A stretch of 64,000 nucleotides of DNA from Mobula hypostoma (GCF_963921235.1 NC_086108.1:65598001-65662000), one strand, 5' to 3'. Shown: positions 24,520-38,564, numbered from the stretch's first letter. Made by a program: numbers and translations. The notes: generated by a model from the sequence alone, not told the origin.

Positions 24520-25615
24520 AAGACAGAATCTCCCCAGTCCCATCGATCTGCACCCAGACCATAGCCCTGCATACCCCTTCTATCCATATACCTATCCGAA
24601 CATCCCAGCTACAATCTTTCAGCCATGATTCAGTGATACATACAACATCATACCTGCCAATCTGCAACTGTGCTGCAAGTTCTTCTACCTTATACCACAT
24701 ACTGTGTGCATTCAAATTAATACCTTCAGTTCTGGATTCACCCTTTTTGACTTTGTCCACCTTTTACGTTGCAACTCATCCTGTTGACTGCAATTTTGCC
24801 TTATGAACAGCCTCTTCTCACTACATATTGCTTCTGTTTGTAACCCAGCTATCTCATTTTTGGCAGTATTATCCACCTTTCTTTACTAACTGTTCTGGCG
24901 CTCTAGTTTAAACCCCACCATGCAGCATTAACAAACCTTCCACTAGGATACTAGTCCCCCTCCAGTGCAGATGCAAACTGTCCCTTCTGTACAGGTCCCA
25001 CCTTCCCCAGAAGAGAGCCCAATAATCCAAAAATCTTATGCCCTCTCTCCTGCACCAACTTCTTAGCCACGTATTAAACTGTATAATCTTCCTAGTTCTG
25101 GTCTCACTAACACATAGCACGGATAGCAATCCTGAGGTCACAACCCTGGAGGTCCTGCCCTTTAGCTTAGCACCTAACTTCCTGAACTCCCTATGCAGAA
25201 CCTCATCCTACCCATGTCATTGGTACCTACATGGACCATGACTTCTGGCTGTTCTCCCTCCTACTTAAGAATGCTAAGGATTCCATCCGAGATATCCCGA
25301 ACTCTGGCAACCGGGAGGTAACATACCATCTGGGACTTTTGTTCTCACCCACAGAACCTTCTATCCATTTCCCTAACAAATCTCTTATCACCATAGCATG
25401 AATACTAACATGGCATTTACCTCCCTCACCGCCAACTCAACCTGCAAGTTAACCTTCAGGGTGTTCTGCACAAGGACTCCCAAGTCCCTCTGCATCTCAG
25501 ATTCCTGGATCTTTTCCATATTTAGGAAATAGTCTGCACATTTATTTCTACTACAAAGTGCATGACCATGCATTTTCTGACATTGTATTTCATTTGCCAC
25601 TTTCTTGCCCATTTG
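24520..25615 (-). mobile_element. CR1 fragments: ORF1 esterase (SGNH-like), endonuclease start and an RT C-terminal piece
   Basis: NTWLRSWCRREGIRFLDYWALFWGRWDLYRRDSLHL; YDVVCITESWL; QRDLGVLVQ. Confidence 0.8.
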
Positions 25616-27260
25616 TGTCAATCTTCACTGTGGAAGACACTTGCAGTATGGTGGAAATTCCAGGTGTCGGGGGTCATGAAGGGTGTAAAATTACCATAAA
25701 TAGAGAGAAGTTCTTAAGCAATTGAAAGGTCTGAAGGTAGATAAGTGGACCAGTTTTTGTACACCCCAGGATTCTGAAGGAGGCGGTTGAAGAGATTATG
25801 GAGGCATTAGTAATGATCTTTCAGGAATCACAGAGTTCTGGAATGGTTCCAGAAGACTGGAAATATCACTCCACTCTTCAAGAAGGGAGAGAGGCAGAAG
25901 AAAGGAAACTATAGGCCAATTAGTCTGACCCCAGTGGTTGGGAAGATGTTGGAGTTGATTATTAAGGATGAGGTCTCCGGGTACTTGGAGGCACATGATA
26001 AAATAGGCCATAGTTAGCATGGTTTCCTCAAGGAAAAATCTTGCTGACAAATCTGTTGGAACTCTTTGATGAAGTAACAAGCAGGATAGACAAAGGAAAA
26101 TCAGTTGATGTTGTGTGCTTGCATTTTCAGAAGGCCTTTGACAAGGTGCAACGCGAGGCTGCTGAACAAGCTACAAGCCCTTGGTATTAGAGCAAAGACT
26201 CTAGCATGGATAAAGGAGTGGTTGATTAGCAGGAAGCAAAGAATGGGAATAAAGGGAGACTTTTCTGATTGGCTGCCGGTGACTAATGGTGTTTCACTGG
26301 GGTCTCTATTGGGACCATTTCTTTTTATGTTATATGTCAATGATTTGGATGACAGAATTGATAAACTTATTGCAAATTTTGCAGATGATATGAAGATAGG
26401 TGGAGGGTGTGTAGTTTTGAGGAATTAGAGAGGCCACAGAAGGACTTAGACAGATTAGGAGAATGGGCAAAGAAATGGCAGCTGGAGTACAGTGTCACGG
26501 TCATGCACTTTCGCAGAAGAAATGAAAGGGTAGACTATTTTCTGAATGGAGAGAAAATACAAAAAATAACTGAGGCACAAAGGGGACTTCGGAGTTCCTA
26601 TGCAGGATTACCTAAAGGTTAATTTGCAGGTGAGTCTGTGGTGAGGAAGGCAAATGCAATGTTAGCATCTTTTCAAGAGGACTAGAATATAAAAGCAAGG
26701 ATATAATGTTAGGACTTTATAAAGCACTGGTGAGGCCTCACTTGGAGTATTGTGAGAAGTTTTGAGTCCATTATCTTAGAATGGATGTGCTGACATTGGA
26801 AAGGGTTCAAAGGAAGTTCACAAAAATGATTCCAGGATTGAATAGCTTGTCATATAAAGAGTTGTTAATGGCTCTGGGCCTGTATTCACTAGAATTTAGA
26901 AGATCAAATGGTGAAAGGTCTTGTAGAATTGATGTGGAGTGTATGTTTCCTATGGTGAGAGAGACTAAGACCAGAGGACACAGGTTCAGAATAGAGATGT
27001 GTCCTTTTAGGAGGAATTTCTTTAGCCAGAGAGTGGGGAATCCATGGAATTCTTTGCCAGTGGTGGCTGCAGAAGCCAAGTCTTAATGTATACTTAAGGC
27101 AGAGGTTGATAGATTCTTAATTGGTCAGGGCATGAAGGGCTATGGGGAGAAGGCAAGGAGATTGGGGCTAAGAGGAATATTTGATCAGCCATGGTGAAAC
27201 GGCGAAGCATATGTAATGGATCAAATTGCCTAATTCTGCTCCTATATCTTATGGTTTTGT
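25616..27260 (+). mobile_element. CR1 LINE, 3' ~1.6 kb (decayed RT plus tail)
   Basis: NYRPISLT, GSLLGPFLFMLYVNDL, FADD and ERVQRKFT motifs, with a cctaattctgctcctatatcttatgg tail. Confidence 0.9.
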
Positions 27261-28023
27261 ATTTAAACTTCTCTTAAGTAAGCCACAGGAACTATGGCCC
27301 TGCTCGCAGAATGCACTGAGGAATTTTCAGTTTCACTAAGTGTTTTTGATGATCTGAAGAATTTTATCAATTATTTAAAAAAATTTAATTAATTCGAGAA
27401 AAAAATAGTGTACTTTATGATACATGAAACTGCTGCTAATTAATTGAAACAGAGATGTACACTGAAATAATGAAAAATAAAGTGATTTTCCCATTTAAGT
27501 AAAGGTAGGCAAGTCTAATCAAATCAAGACAGACTAAGAGGTCATCTGACCTTGAACACTTTTACAAATCCCAATGTGTAGTGTGAATGAAGGTGTGAAG
27601 ACTGGAGCGAGCTGCTCCTGTTTTATCCTGACAGCTCTCTGCAGACCTGCTGGATTGCTATTAGTACCATCTAGGCGAATGCCTTTCCATAACCTGTGTT
27701 TCATGGTGTATCACTCTCATTTCAGATTTTTCACCCATATTATTACTTCTACAATGGGTTGCTTATGCATAGTAAGATAAAAATTAGAGAACAAAAAGTT
27801 AAAAAGGATAAAAACTACAACAAATTGAAGAAAGGAACAAGAGAGGGCTTGGTGCCAGGAAATAGCAGAGAAACAGCAGTAGGGGAATAGAGAGGAGAAA
27901 AATCGGGAAGATTTTAAAAGAGAAAAATGTGCTGTACTGAATGTGAGGCACTGATAAATTTGTTTGCCTTTCAAATCTTGCTCCATGAGGAACATAAGAA
28001 AACTGCATTTTGCTTCCTTTTAG

Positions 28024-28217
28024 GTAAATGGAATTGATTTACGGAATGCAACCCATGAGGAAGCAATCACAGCCTTGAGACAGACGCCACAGAAGGTGCG
28101 ACTTACTGTATACAGGGACGAAGCACAGTACAAAGACGAGGAGAACTTTGATATATTTCTTGTGGATCTTCAGAAGAAAGTTGGAAGAGGATTAGGCCTG
28201 AGTATCGTAGGAAAACG
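28024..28217 (+). CDS. patj: PATJ exon: end of PDZ8-equivalent and start of PDZ9-equivalent
   Basis: ttttag|GTA...AAA CG|gtagg, 194 nt, phase 0/2. Translates [64 protein letters not shown](R). Confidence 0.95.
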
Positions 28218-29119
28218 GTAGGCTGATTGTGTTCCTTCACGTCCTATTCAAAATATATTAAATGAATCTCCTCCTTTACATCCTGTGCTGAAAATAAATA
28301 ACACAGTGTAAATAATTGTATGACTTTCTTCAGGACCATGTATAGATGGGAACATTGAGGAAATCCTCACTATATAAACTGACATAAAACAAAATAATTT
28401 TGATCATTATTTTATGGAATGTTCAGTGGAAGCACCAACTATCAAAAAGTCATGATCCACCTGAGCAGAGGTGTCATTTCATCAGCTTCATTTATACACG
28501 TCATGTACTGTCCAATGAGGGCTAAAAGGATCCACTCACTTCACCCCAAATAGATGAAATCTAATTTTTAAGCAGGGGTGTCTGTACATCCAGAATAATT
28601 TCACCATTGTAAAGTGTTAGTAATGTATGAGAAATCTGAATGGATTATTGAATGGTAACTAGTAGTGAACACAGAAATTTTGTAGTTGATATTTATGTGG
28701 TCGTTGAAATGAGATTTGATAAAGGCCCTCAAAAGAAGTCATCAGTAACGTGGAATTGAATGAAAATTACTGAATAATTTAGGAGACTGAGTGAATAGCA
28801 GAAGGCAAAAAGAAATAATATTTGGTTGGGATTCAAATGTAGAGATAAGACCATCAGACACAGGAGCAGAGTTGGGCCATTCAGCCCATGGAGTCTGCTC
28901 CACCATTCAGTCGTGGCTGATTTATTTTCCTTCTCAACCCCATTTTCCTTCCTTCTCCCTGTAACCTTTGCCCATGCTAATCAAGAACTTATCCTCTTTA
29001 AATATACCCAAAGATTTGGCCTCCACAGCCATCTGTGGCAATGAATTGCACAGATTTAGTACACTCTGCTAAAGAAATTGCACCTCATCTCTGCTGTAGA
29101 GGGATGTCCTTGTATTCTG

Positions 29120-31431
29120 TGTTCTTTCACTCCTCCTGCTGTCACTTTTTACAAGTGACTGTATCTCCACAGACAAATCCATTGAAATCCTAAAGTTTGC
29201 AGATGACATGACCGTAGTCAGTCTCATTTCTAATAATGACTTGCTATCAAAGAGAGGTAAACTGTCTTGCAGCACGGATGTTTGTAGCAACTTAGAGCTT
29301 AATGCTATCGAGACAGTGGAAATGAGGATTGGCTTCTTACCTGATCCCTTGGAACTTAATGGTCAGTCTGTGTAGTGGTTGCATCATTAAATTCCTGGAG
29401 ACTGCCATTACCGTACATTGAAGTGGGACAAGTGGGACACTCAGCACTAGGAAAACGCAGCAGACATTGTTCTTCCTATGCTAGCTTTGGAAACTTAATA
29501 TCTCAGGGTGTATCCTGATGAATGTTTACTTGGCCATCATTGAGAGTGTTGAGACCGTAAGGCCATGAGACAGGAGCAGAATTAGGCCATTCAGTCCATC
29601 GAGTCCACTCTGCCATTTCATCATGGTTGATCCCGGATCCCATTCAATCCTATACACTTGCCCTCTCACCATATCCCTTGATGCCCTGACAAGTCAGTAA
29701 GCTATCAACTTCCACTTTGAATATACCCATGGACCTGCCCTCCACTGCAGTCTATGACAGAGCATTCCACAGATTCACCACTTTTTGAAATTCCTCCTTT
29801 CTTCTGTTCTTAAAGGTTGCCCCTCAATTTTGAGGTTATGCCCTCTAGTTCTGGATACCCCTATCATAGGACATATCCTCTCCACATTCACCCTATCTAA
29901 TCCTTTCAACATTCAGTAGGTTTCAATGAGATCCCCCCGCATTGTTCTAAGTTTCAGTGAGTACTGGCCCAAAGCTGCCAAATGCTCCTCATATTTCATT
30001 CATTCCCAGAATTATCTTTGTGAATCTCCTCTGGACTCTCTCCAATGACAATATATCCTTTCTGAGATATGGGGCCCAAAACTGTTGACAATAGTCCAAG
30101 TACAGCCTAACTAGTGTCTTATGAAGCTTCAGCATTATCTCAACTTGTGAATTAACCTTCTGGGAATCTTGTATGAGGACTCCTATGTCCCTTTGCAGCT
30201 CTGATGTTCGAATTTTCCCCCCATTTAGATAATAGTCTGTGGTACTGTTCCTTTTACCAAAATACATTATCATACATTTTCCAACACTGTATTCCATCTG
30301 CCACTTTTTGCCCATTCTTCCAATTTATCCAAGTCCTACTATAATCGCATTGCTTCCTCAGCACTACCGACCACTCTACCTATCTTCGTATCATCTGAAA
30401 CTTTGTCACAAAGCCATGAATTCCATTATCCAAATCATTGACAAACAATGTGAAAAGTAGTGGTTACAATACTGACCCCTGAGGAATACCACTATTCACT
30501 GGCAGGCAACTAGAAAAACCCACTTTATTCCCACTCGTTGCCTCCTACCTGTCAGCCATTCCTCTATCCATGCTAGTATACTTCCTGTAAGACAGTAGGA
30601 TTTTATCTTGTTAAGCAGCCTCATGTGAGGCACCTTATCAAATGCCTTCTGAAAATCCAAGTAGATGACATCCACTGCCTCTCCTTTATCCATCGTACTT
30701 GTTACTTCCTCAAAAAATTCTATCAGATTTGTCATCAAGATTTCCATTCATACAAACCATGCTGACTTTGACTTGATTTATTATTAGTCTCCAAGTACCC
30801 CAAAACCTCATGCTTAACATACTTAACAGACTTTAACATCTGTTGTGGCCACTTCCGTCACCAATCAGTTTCCCGCCTCCTCCCTCTCCAAGTCCGGGTT
30901 GCAGCGAGTGGTTCATTCAATGGAGAAGATCATGGGCCGACATTAATAAGACCTGTTTGTTGCCAGAGCAGAAAAAGTTACTGCTGACTCCACCCATCCA
31001 GACAGTCACCAATTCCCTAATTTGCCATCAGGGAAGTGCGACAAGTCCATTACCCATCAGGACTACACGTCATCTCTGAAACTTCTTTCCTGTAGCTTTC
31101 CAGCTTCTCAACAAAACTCATTCAGGTGTAAATCCCTTACTACCCTGGAACAACATCCATTAAATAGTCTTTCCTGTTCTCCTTGTTCTATTGATAACTA
31201 TTCAGTCTGTTCATATGTTCACATTTATTTAAGTTTGATTATTAACATTTGTGACTGTGACTATTCTGCTAGTTGTTGGTTGTTCATGTCTGTTTGCACT
31301 ATTATCTTGTAAAAAGGTTGGTTCCAATTGTGCTATCTGTTATGGTATTGTCCTGTGTTTTATGCTTAGCAGTGAACCACTATCAAGTCTGGTATACTTC
31401 ACATACTGGCAATGAAGTGATTCAGATTCTG
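29120..31431 (+). mobile_element. Decayed Rex1-like LINE, itself split by a CR1 (29551-~30817)
   Basis: KFADDMTVVSLI-like RT at ~29190 and IIESV at ~29540, resuming at ~30833. The 3' tail is aatgaagtgattcagattctga. Confidence 0.65.
29551..30817 (-). mobile_element. CR1 LINE 3' fragment
   Basis: LTNLIEFFEEVT...VDVIYLDFQKAFDKVPH; LVRLYLDYCQQFWAP; tail at 29551. Confidence 0.9.
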
Positions 31432-32312
31432 ATCCTGAGGCTGTGCCCCCAGTCGTAGACTCTTCCACTGTTTGAAATATCGTCTCCCAATAAGCAAGTT
31501 GGGTGTCTGCATTAGCACCGTTGCAATTCCCTGTACCTATTAACTCAGACTATAGGACTCTAAGTCATTTATCAGAGTTTTCCGGTGACGTAAAATAAGT
31601 AGAATTATAAGCTGTAAGTGCAATCATTAAGCATTGTGATAGAGAAATGTAATAGGCGATCAGATACGTCTGTGACAAATGGATTTCATGTAAGCAAATG
31701 TGAGGACATCCACATTGAGAAGTTAGAAGCAGCAAAGGTCTAGAAACTTTAAGATCCTAAGCAAAGATCATTAATGAGTAGTGTTGATAATCTGCCAGTG
31801 AAAATAATCAAAAAAGCTATTAGACTGCTGACCACTAGTGTATGTATAGGGTGAGTATGTACCACACCTGGCATCTCTGAGTTATCTTAAGCACTGTTCC
31901 TTAGCAAGGATATTTTGACCTCAGAGCATGTACATTGAAGATTTAGCTGGATATTATTTGCGTTATAAGGATTAAATTATAAACAGTGAAATTATACAGT
32001 TCCAAAGAATAAATTAATCTGTAGAGATTAAAGGGATAGTTTGATTGAAGTTTTCAAGATATTCAGGGGACTGATGATTGGATTGAAAGAAACTATTTCT
32101 GCTGATGGTGGAATTAAGGGGTGGGGGGAGGGAAGGTTAAGAATTAACCAAGATTTCTGGGGAGTATTGCTAGGAATGACTCCAAGAGCAGTGTTTTGTA
32201 CTGTGTGTGGGATGTGGGAAGCCTGAGAGAACTCCAGTCTCCCAGATAAACCCATCTGCTCCAGGTGCATTAAGCTGCAAATCCTGAGATAACATATTAA
32301 GGAACTGGAGTT

Positions 32313-32410
32313 AAAAAACGTAAACACGAGGAATTCTGCAGATGGGCAGCATCCCTAGAGATGCTGCCTGGCCTGCTGCGTTCACCAGCAACTTTGATGT
32401 GTGTTGGTTG
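32313..32410. mobile_element. 98-bp Penelope-like fold-back insertion
   Basis: Inverted tail, then a ggcagcatc/gatgctgcc hairpin, then the pLTR end. Perfect 14-bp TSD AAGGAACTGGAGTT at 32299-32312 and 32411-32424. Confidence 0.75.
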
Positions 32411-34010
32411 AAGGAACTGGAGTTGCAGATTGATGTTCTTCGACTCAGATGGGAGAATGACGAGGTGAAAGACAGAACTACAAGGAAATAGTCATCCCTA
32501 GATTGACAGGTAACTGGGTGACAGAGGGATGGGAAATGCACAACCAGGGCAGAGTATAGCTGTGGCCATTCCCGTCAATAATAAGTATACAACTTCAGAT
32601 ACTATTGTGGGGTACAACCTACCAGTGGGAGCCATAGTGACTTAGACTCTGGCACTGAATTTGGTGCTGCGGCTCAGAAGAACCACAGAAGAGGACTGCA
32701 ATGTTGATAGGAGGTTTCATAGTCGAAGGAAGAGAGAGTAAATTCTGTGTGTTGATAGAGCCATCCAGATAGTATGTTGCTTCTCTGATGCTAGGATCAG
32801 GGATGTCTCGGATTGGGTCCATGGCATTCTCAAGGGCGAGGGTAAACAGCCAGAAGTCTTGGTACATTTTGACACCAATGACATAGGAAGATAAGGTGAG
32901 GAGGTCCTGAAGAGAGATTTTAGGGAGCTCGGTAGAAGCTGAAACGCAGGAGCTCCAGGTAGTAAACTTGGGATTGTTGCCTGTGCCATGTGACAGTGAA
33001 GGTAAGAATAGGATGCTTTGGCAGATGAATGTGTGGCTGAGGATCTGGTGCAGATGGCAGGGGTTCAGATTTGTGGATCATTGGAGATCTCTTCTGGGGA
33101 AGATATGACTTGTACAAAAGGGACGGATTACACCTGATCCCGAGGAGGTCCAATATCCTTGCAGGTAGGTTGGTTAGAGTTCATGGGGAAGGTTTAAGTT
33201 AATTGGCAGGGGGTTGGGAACCAGACTGATAGTGCTGAAGTTGAAGTAGTTGGTTTACAAGCAGGGGCAATGTGTAGAGAGACTCCTAGCAATGAGAGAG
33301 CAATAAGGCGAAATTGCAGTCAACAAGATGAGTTGCAGTGTAAAAGGCGGACAAAGTCGTAAAAGGTGAATTACAGAACTGAAGGTGTTATATTTGAAAA
33401 CGCGCAGTATATGGAATAAGGTAGATGAACTGGCAGCACAAATTGGCATATATGATGTTATAGACATTACTGAACCATGGCTGAAAGAAGATTATAGCTC
33501 AGAGCTTAATGTCCAAGGATATACAAACTGTAATTGTATCGAAAGAACAGGCAGGATGGCAGAGGGCATGGCTGTTGGTAAAAAATTAAATCAAATCATT
33601 AGAAAAAGGTAACATAGGATGGGAGGGTGGTGAATCATTATGGACAGAGCTAAGGAATTGCAAGCATAAAAGGACCCTGATGGGAGTTGTATACAGACCC
33701 CTAAACAGTAGTAAGGATGTGGTCTACAAACTACAATGGGATATAGGAAATGCATGTCAAAAGGGCAATGTTACAATGGTCAAGGGGGATTTCAATATGC
33801 AGGTAGGTTGGGAAAATCAGGTTGGTGCTGGATACCAAGAGGGAGAATTTCTAGAATGCCTACGTGATGGCTTTTTGGAGCAGCTTGTGGTTGAACCCAA
33901 TAGGGGATCAGCTATTCTGCACTTGGTGCTATGCAATGAACCGGAATTGATAAGAGGGCTTAAGGTAAAGAACCCTTAGGGGCAAGTGATCATAATATGA
34001 TCGAATTTAC

Positions 34011-34347
34011 AAAGACAGATGTGTAAAAAGGGCCCGAATGATCACTGGGGACCCGAGTCACCCGAACCACAAACTGTTCCAGCTGCTACCATCCGGGAAA
34101 CGGTACCGCAGCATAAAAGCCAGGAACAACAGGCTCCAGGACAGCTTCTTCTACAAGGCCATCAGACAGCTTGACTCATGCTGACACAACTGTACTTCTA
34201 TGTTATATTAACTATGCTGTTGTACGGACTATTTATTATAAATACTATAAATTGTACATTGCACATTTAAACGGCGATATAACATAAAGATTTTTACTCT
34301 TCATGTACATGAAGAATTTTAGTAATAAAGTCAGTTCAATTCAATTC
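34011..34347 (+). mobile_element. Rex1-like LINE 3' end nested in CR1
   Basis: DPSHPNHKLFQLLPSGKRYRSIKARNNRLQDSFFYKAIR, AATAAA and a (TTCAA)n tail. TSD AATTTAC at 34004-34010 and 34348-34354. Confidence 0.8.
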
Positions 34348-35719
34348 AATTTACCCTGAAATTTCAGGAGGAGAAGATAAAATCAGGTGTATCAGCATTA
34401 CAGTGGCATGAGAGAGGAGTTAACCAGAAATGATTGGAAAAGAACACTGGCAGGGATGATGGCAGAGCAGCAATGGTTGGAATTTCTAGAAGCAATTTGG
34501 AAGCCCAGGATGTATAAATCTCAAAGAGGAAGAAGGCAAGATGACATAACTGTGGCTAACAAGAGAAGTCAAAGCCAACATAAAAGCCAAAGAGAGGGCA
34601 TATAATTGAGCAAAAAAATTATTGGGAATTTAGAGGATTTGGAAGCTTTTAAATACCAACAGAAACTAAAAATGTCATTAAGAAGGTAAAGATGGAATTT
34701 GAAAGTAATCTGGCCAATAATATTAAAGAGGACACCAAAAGTTTCTTCAGATACATGAAGTGTAAAAGAGAGGTGAGAGTGGATATCAAACACTGGAAAA
34801 CGATGCTGGAGGGGTTATAATGGGGGACAAGGAAAATGAAGATGAACTGAATAAGTATTTTACGCCAGTCTTCACTATGGAAGACACGAGCAGTGTGGGG
34901 TAGTTCCAGAGTGTCAAGGGTCAGAAGTGTGTGAAGTTACCATTACTAGGGAGAAGGTTCTTGGGAAACTGAAAAGTCCGAAGATAGATAAGTCGCCAGA
35001 CCAGGTGGTGTACATGCCAGGGTTCTGAAAGAGATGGCTGAAGAGATTATGAAGGCTTTAGTAATGATCATTCAAGAATCACTAGATTCTGGAACGGTTC
35101 TGAGAGACTGGAAAATTGCAAATGTCACTCCAATGTTCAAGAAGGGAGAGAGAGACAGAAGAAAGGAAATTATAGGACAGTTAGTCTCAACTCTGTGGTT
35201 GGGAAGATGTTGAAGTCAATTGTTAAGGAAGTAGCTTTGGGGTACTTGGAGGCACACAATAGATTAGGCTGTAGTCAGTAGGGTTTCCTCAAGGGAAAAT
35301 CTTGCCTGACAAATCTGTTGAAATTCTTTGAAAAAGTAACATGCAGGATTGACAAAGGACAGTCAGTAGATGTTGTCAACTTGGATTTTCAGAAGACCTT
35401 TAACAAGGTCCCACGCACGAAGCTGCTTAACAAGTTAAGAGCCCATGTTGTTACAGGAAATTTACTTGCATGGATAAAGCAGTGTCTGATAGACTGAAGG
35501 CAAAGAATGAGAGTAAAGGCTGCCTTTTCCATTTGGCTGCTTTTGACGAGTGGTGTTCAACAGGGGTCAATATTGGGACCGCTTCTTTTTACACTGTATG
35601 TCAATGACTTGCATGATGGAATTGATGGCTTTTTGCAAAGTTTGCAGATGATACGAAGCTAGGTGGAGAGGCAGGTAGTTTTGAGGAAATAGAGAGGCTA
35701 CAGAAGGACTTAGACAGAC

Positions 35720-38260
35720 CCCTTTCCACCTTTGATTTTTTAGTTTTCTCCCCATTTACAAAGTAGTCATTGCCTTTATTCCTTCTACCAAAGTACACTG
35801 TATTCTATCTGCCCCTTCTTTGTCCATTCTCCCAATCTGGCTAAATCCTTCTGAAACCTCATCCTTAATAATGGAGTTAATAATAATTAATAATTATTAT
35901 TAATAATAATAAACATCTTCCCAACCATTGAAATCTGGCTAACTGGCCTATAATTTTCTTTCTTCTGCATTCCTCCCTTCTTAAAGAGTAAAGTGTTATT
36001 TCCAATTTTACAGTCCATAAGACCATAAGACATAGGAGAAGAATTAGGCAATTCAGCCCGTCGAGTCTTTAAATATATGCATGGACTTGGTCTCCACCAC
36101 AGTCTGTGGCAGAGCATTCCACAGATTTACTACTCTCTGGCTAACAAAAGTTCCTCCTTACCTCTGTTCTAAAGGGTGGCCCCTCAATTTTGCAGCTGTG
36201 CCCTCTAGTTCTGGAATAAGAAACTTCCTGCCTACATCCACCCTATCTAGTCCTTTCAACATTAGGTAGGTTTCAATAAGATCCCCTTGCATTCTTCTAA
36301 ATTCCTGTGAGTACAGGCCCAGAGCTGCCAAACATTCCTCATATGTTAACCCCTTTATTCCCGGAATCATTCTCATGAACCTCCTCTGGACTCTCTCTAA
36401 TGACAACAAATTCTTTCTGAGATATGGGGTCCAAAACTGTTGACAATACTCCAAGTGCGGCCTGACTAGTGTCTTCTTAAAGCTTAGCATTATCTCCTTG
36501 CTTGTATATTCTATTCCCCTTGAAATAAATGCCAACTTTGCATTTGCCTTCTTTACCACAGATATAACCTGTAAATTAACCTTCTGGGAGTCTTGCACAA
36601 GGACTCCAAAGTCCCTCTGCAGCTCTGATGTTTGAACCTTCTCCCCATTTTGATAATAGTCTGTGGTATTGCTCCTTTTAACAAAATGCTTTATCGTACA
36701 TTTCCCAACACTGTATTCTATCTGCCACTTTTTGCCCATTCATCAAATTTTTCTCAGTCCTGCTGCAATCGCATTGCTTCCTCATCACTACCTACCCCTC
36801 CACCTATCTTCGTATCATCCACAAACTTTGCTGCAAAGCCATCAATTTCATTATCTAAATCATTGACAAACAATGTGAAAAGTAGTGGTCCCAATACTGA
36901 CCCCTGAGGAACACCATTAATCACCAGCAGCCAAGCAGAAAAGGCCCCTTTTATTCCCACTCGCTGCCTGTCAGCCATTCCGCTGTCCATGGCACCTTAT
37001 CAAATGCCTTCTGAAAATTCAAGTAAATGATATCCACTACCTCTCCTTTGTCCACCTTGCTTGTTACTTCCTTGAAGAACTCTTAACAGATTTGTCAGGA
37101 AAGATTTTCCTTCACAGAAACCATGCTGACTTTGACTTATTTTATCATTAGTCTCCAAGTACTTCAAATCTTCATCCTTAATAATAGACTCCAACACTTT
37201 CCCAATCGCTGAAGTCAGGCGAACTGGCCTATAATTTCCTTTCTTCTGCCTTCCTCCCTCCTTAAAGAGTGGAGTGATATTTGCAATCATCGAGTCTTCT
37301 GGACCATGCCAGAATCAAGTGTTTCTTGAAAGATCATTACTAAAGCTTCTACAATCTCTTCAGCTACCTCTTTCAGAATCATGGGGTGTAGATTATCCGG
37401 TCCGGCTGACTTATCTACCTTCAGACTTTTCAGCTTCCCAACACTTTCTCCTTAGTAATACGAACTACACTCATTTCTGCCCCCTCACTCTCTCTAATTT
37501 CTGGTTTACTGCTAGTGTCTTCCACATTGCTGGCTGATGCAAAATACTTCTTAAAGTTTGTCTGCCATTTATTTGTTCCCCATTAATACCTCTCCAGCGT
37601 CATTTTCCAGAAGTCCAATATCCACTCCCTCTTCTCTTTTACTCTTTATATTTCAGAAAGAAACTTTTGATATCCTTTTTTATTTGCTAGCTTACCATCA
37701 TATTTCATCTTTTCTCTCCTTGTGGTGTTTTTAGTTGCCTTCTGTTGGTTTTTAAAAGCTTCCCAATCCTCTAGTTTCTCACCAATTTTTGCTATACTAT
37801 ATGACTTCTCTTTTGCTTTTATCCTGTCTTTGACTTCCTTATCAACCACTGTTGCCTCATTCTTCCTTTAGAATATTTCTTCATCTTTGGGAAGTACCAA
37901 CCCTGTGCCTTCCAAATCATCCCTGAAACACCCGCCATTGCTTTTCTGCTGACACTCCTGCTAGTGTTCCCTTCCAATCAACTTTGTCCAGCTCCTCTCT
38001 CATGCCTCTGTAACTCCCGCTACTCCACTGTAATAATGATACATCTGACTTTATCTTCTCCGTCTCAAACTATAGGGTGGATTTTATCGAGAAAGCCATC
38101 AACTTGGCATTCTACAAATTCCCGCTCTTGAAATCCAGTACGAACTTGATTTTCCCAATCTAACTGCATATTGAAATCCCTCAGGACCGTCATAACATTG
38201 CCCTTTTTACATGCCTTTTCTCTCTCTTGTTGTAATTATATCCCACATAATGGCTACTGT
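35720..38260 (-). mobile_element. CR1 LINE (main copy 36015-38260) plus small inverted fragments
   Basis: ORFs 36158-36739, 36754-36990 and 37000-37290 give GVPQGSVLGPLLF, KFVDD, LVRPHLEYC and NYRPVRLT. Confidence 0.9.
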
Positions 38261-38564
38261 AAATTTTGAAAGAAAGTCAAAAACATGATTTCTGTGAAAT
38301 GCAGAAGCAGTTATGGGCTCAAGGATAACGTTCTATGTCTTAATACAGAGCTTTGGCCTCTGAAGATATACATTAGAAATAAACATGCATCATTTTCTGA
38401 TCATTCAGATTCATGGAAACTCATTTGTTAGAACTTGTAATTTCAATTGTTTTCTCAGTGCAAAGGATAACTAAATTTATGCCTCATAAATGTAAAGACT
38501 TTGTATATATTTTAGATGAATTAAATCAATTGAATAATTGAACTGTTTGTAAATATTTTGACAG

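Larger units (their letters stand above)
28845..31490 (-). mobile_element. CR1 3' fragment split by a Rex1-like insertion
   Basis: The tail at 28845-29119 (...ccttgtattctg) resumes at ~31432 (ctgaggctgtgccc...gactct). Confidence 0.7.
32170..35720 (+). mobile_element. Long decayed CR1 (ORF1 Cys motif and esterase, endonuclease, RT up to FADD)
   Basis: CTVCGMWE; esterase-like WLRIWC; YDVIDITEPWL; GVVYRP...GDFN; RT motifs through gatgatacgaagct. Contains nested PLE and Rex1 fragments. Confidence 0.85.
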
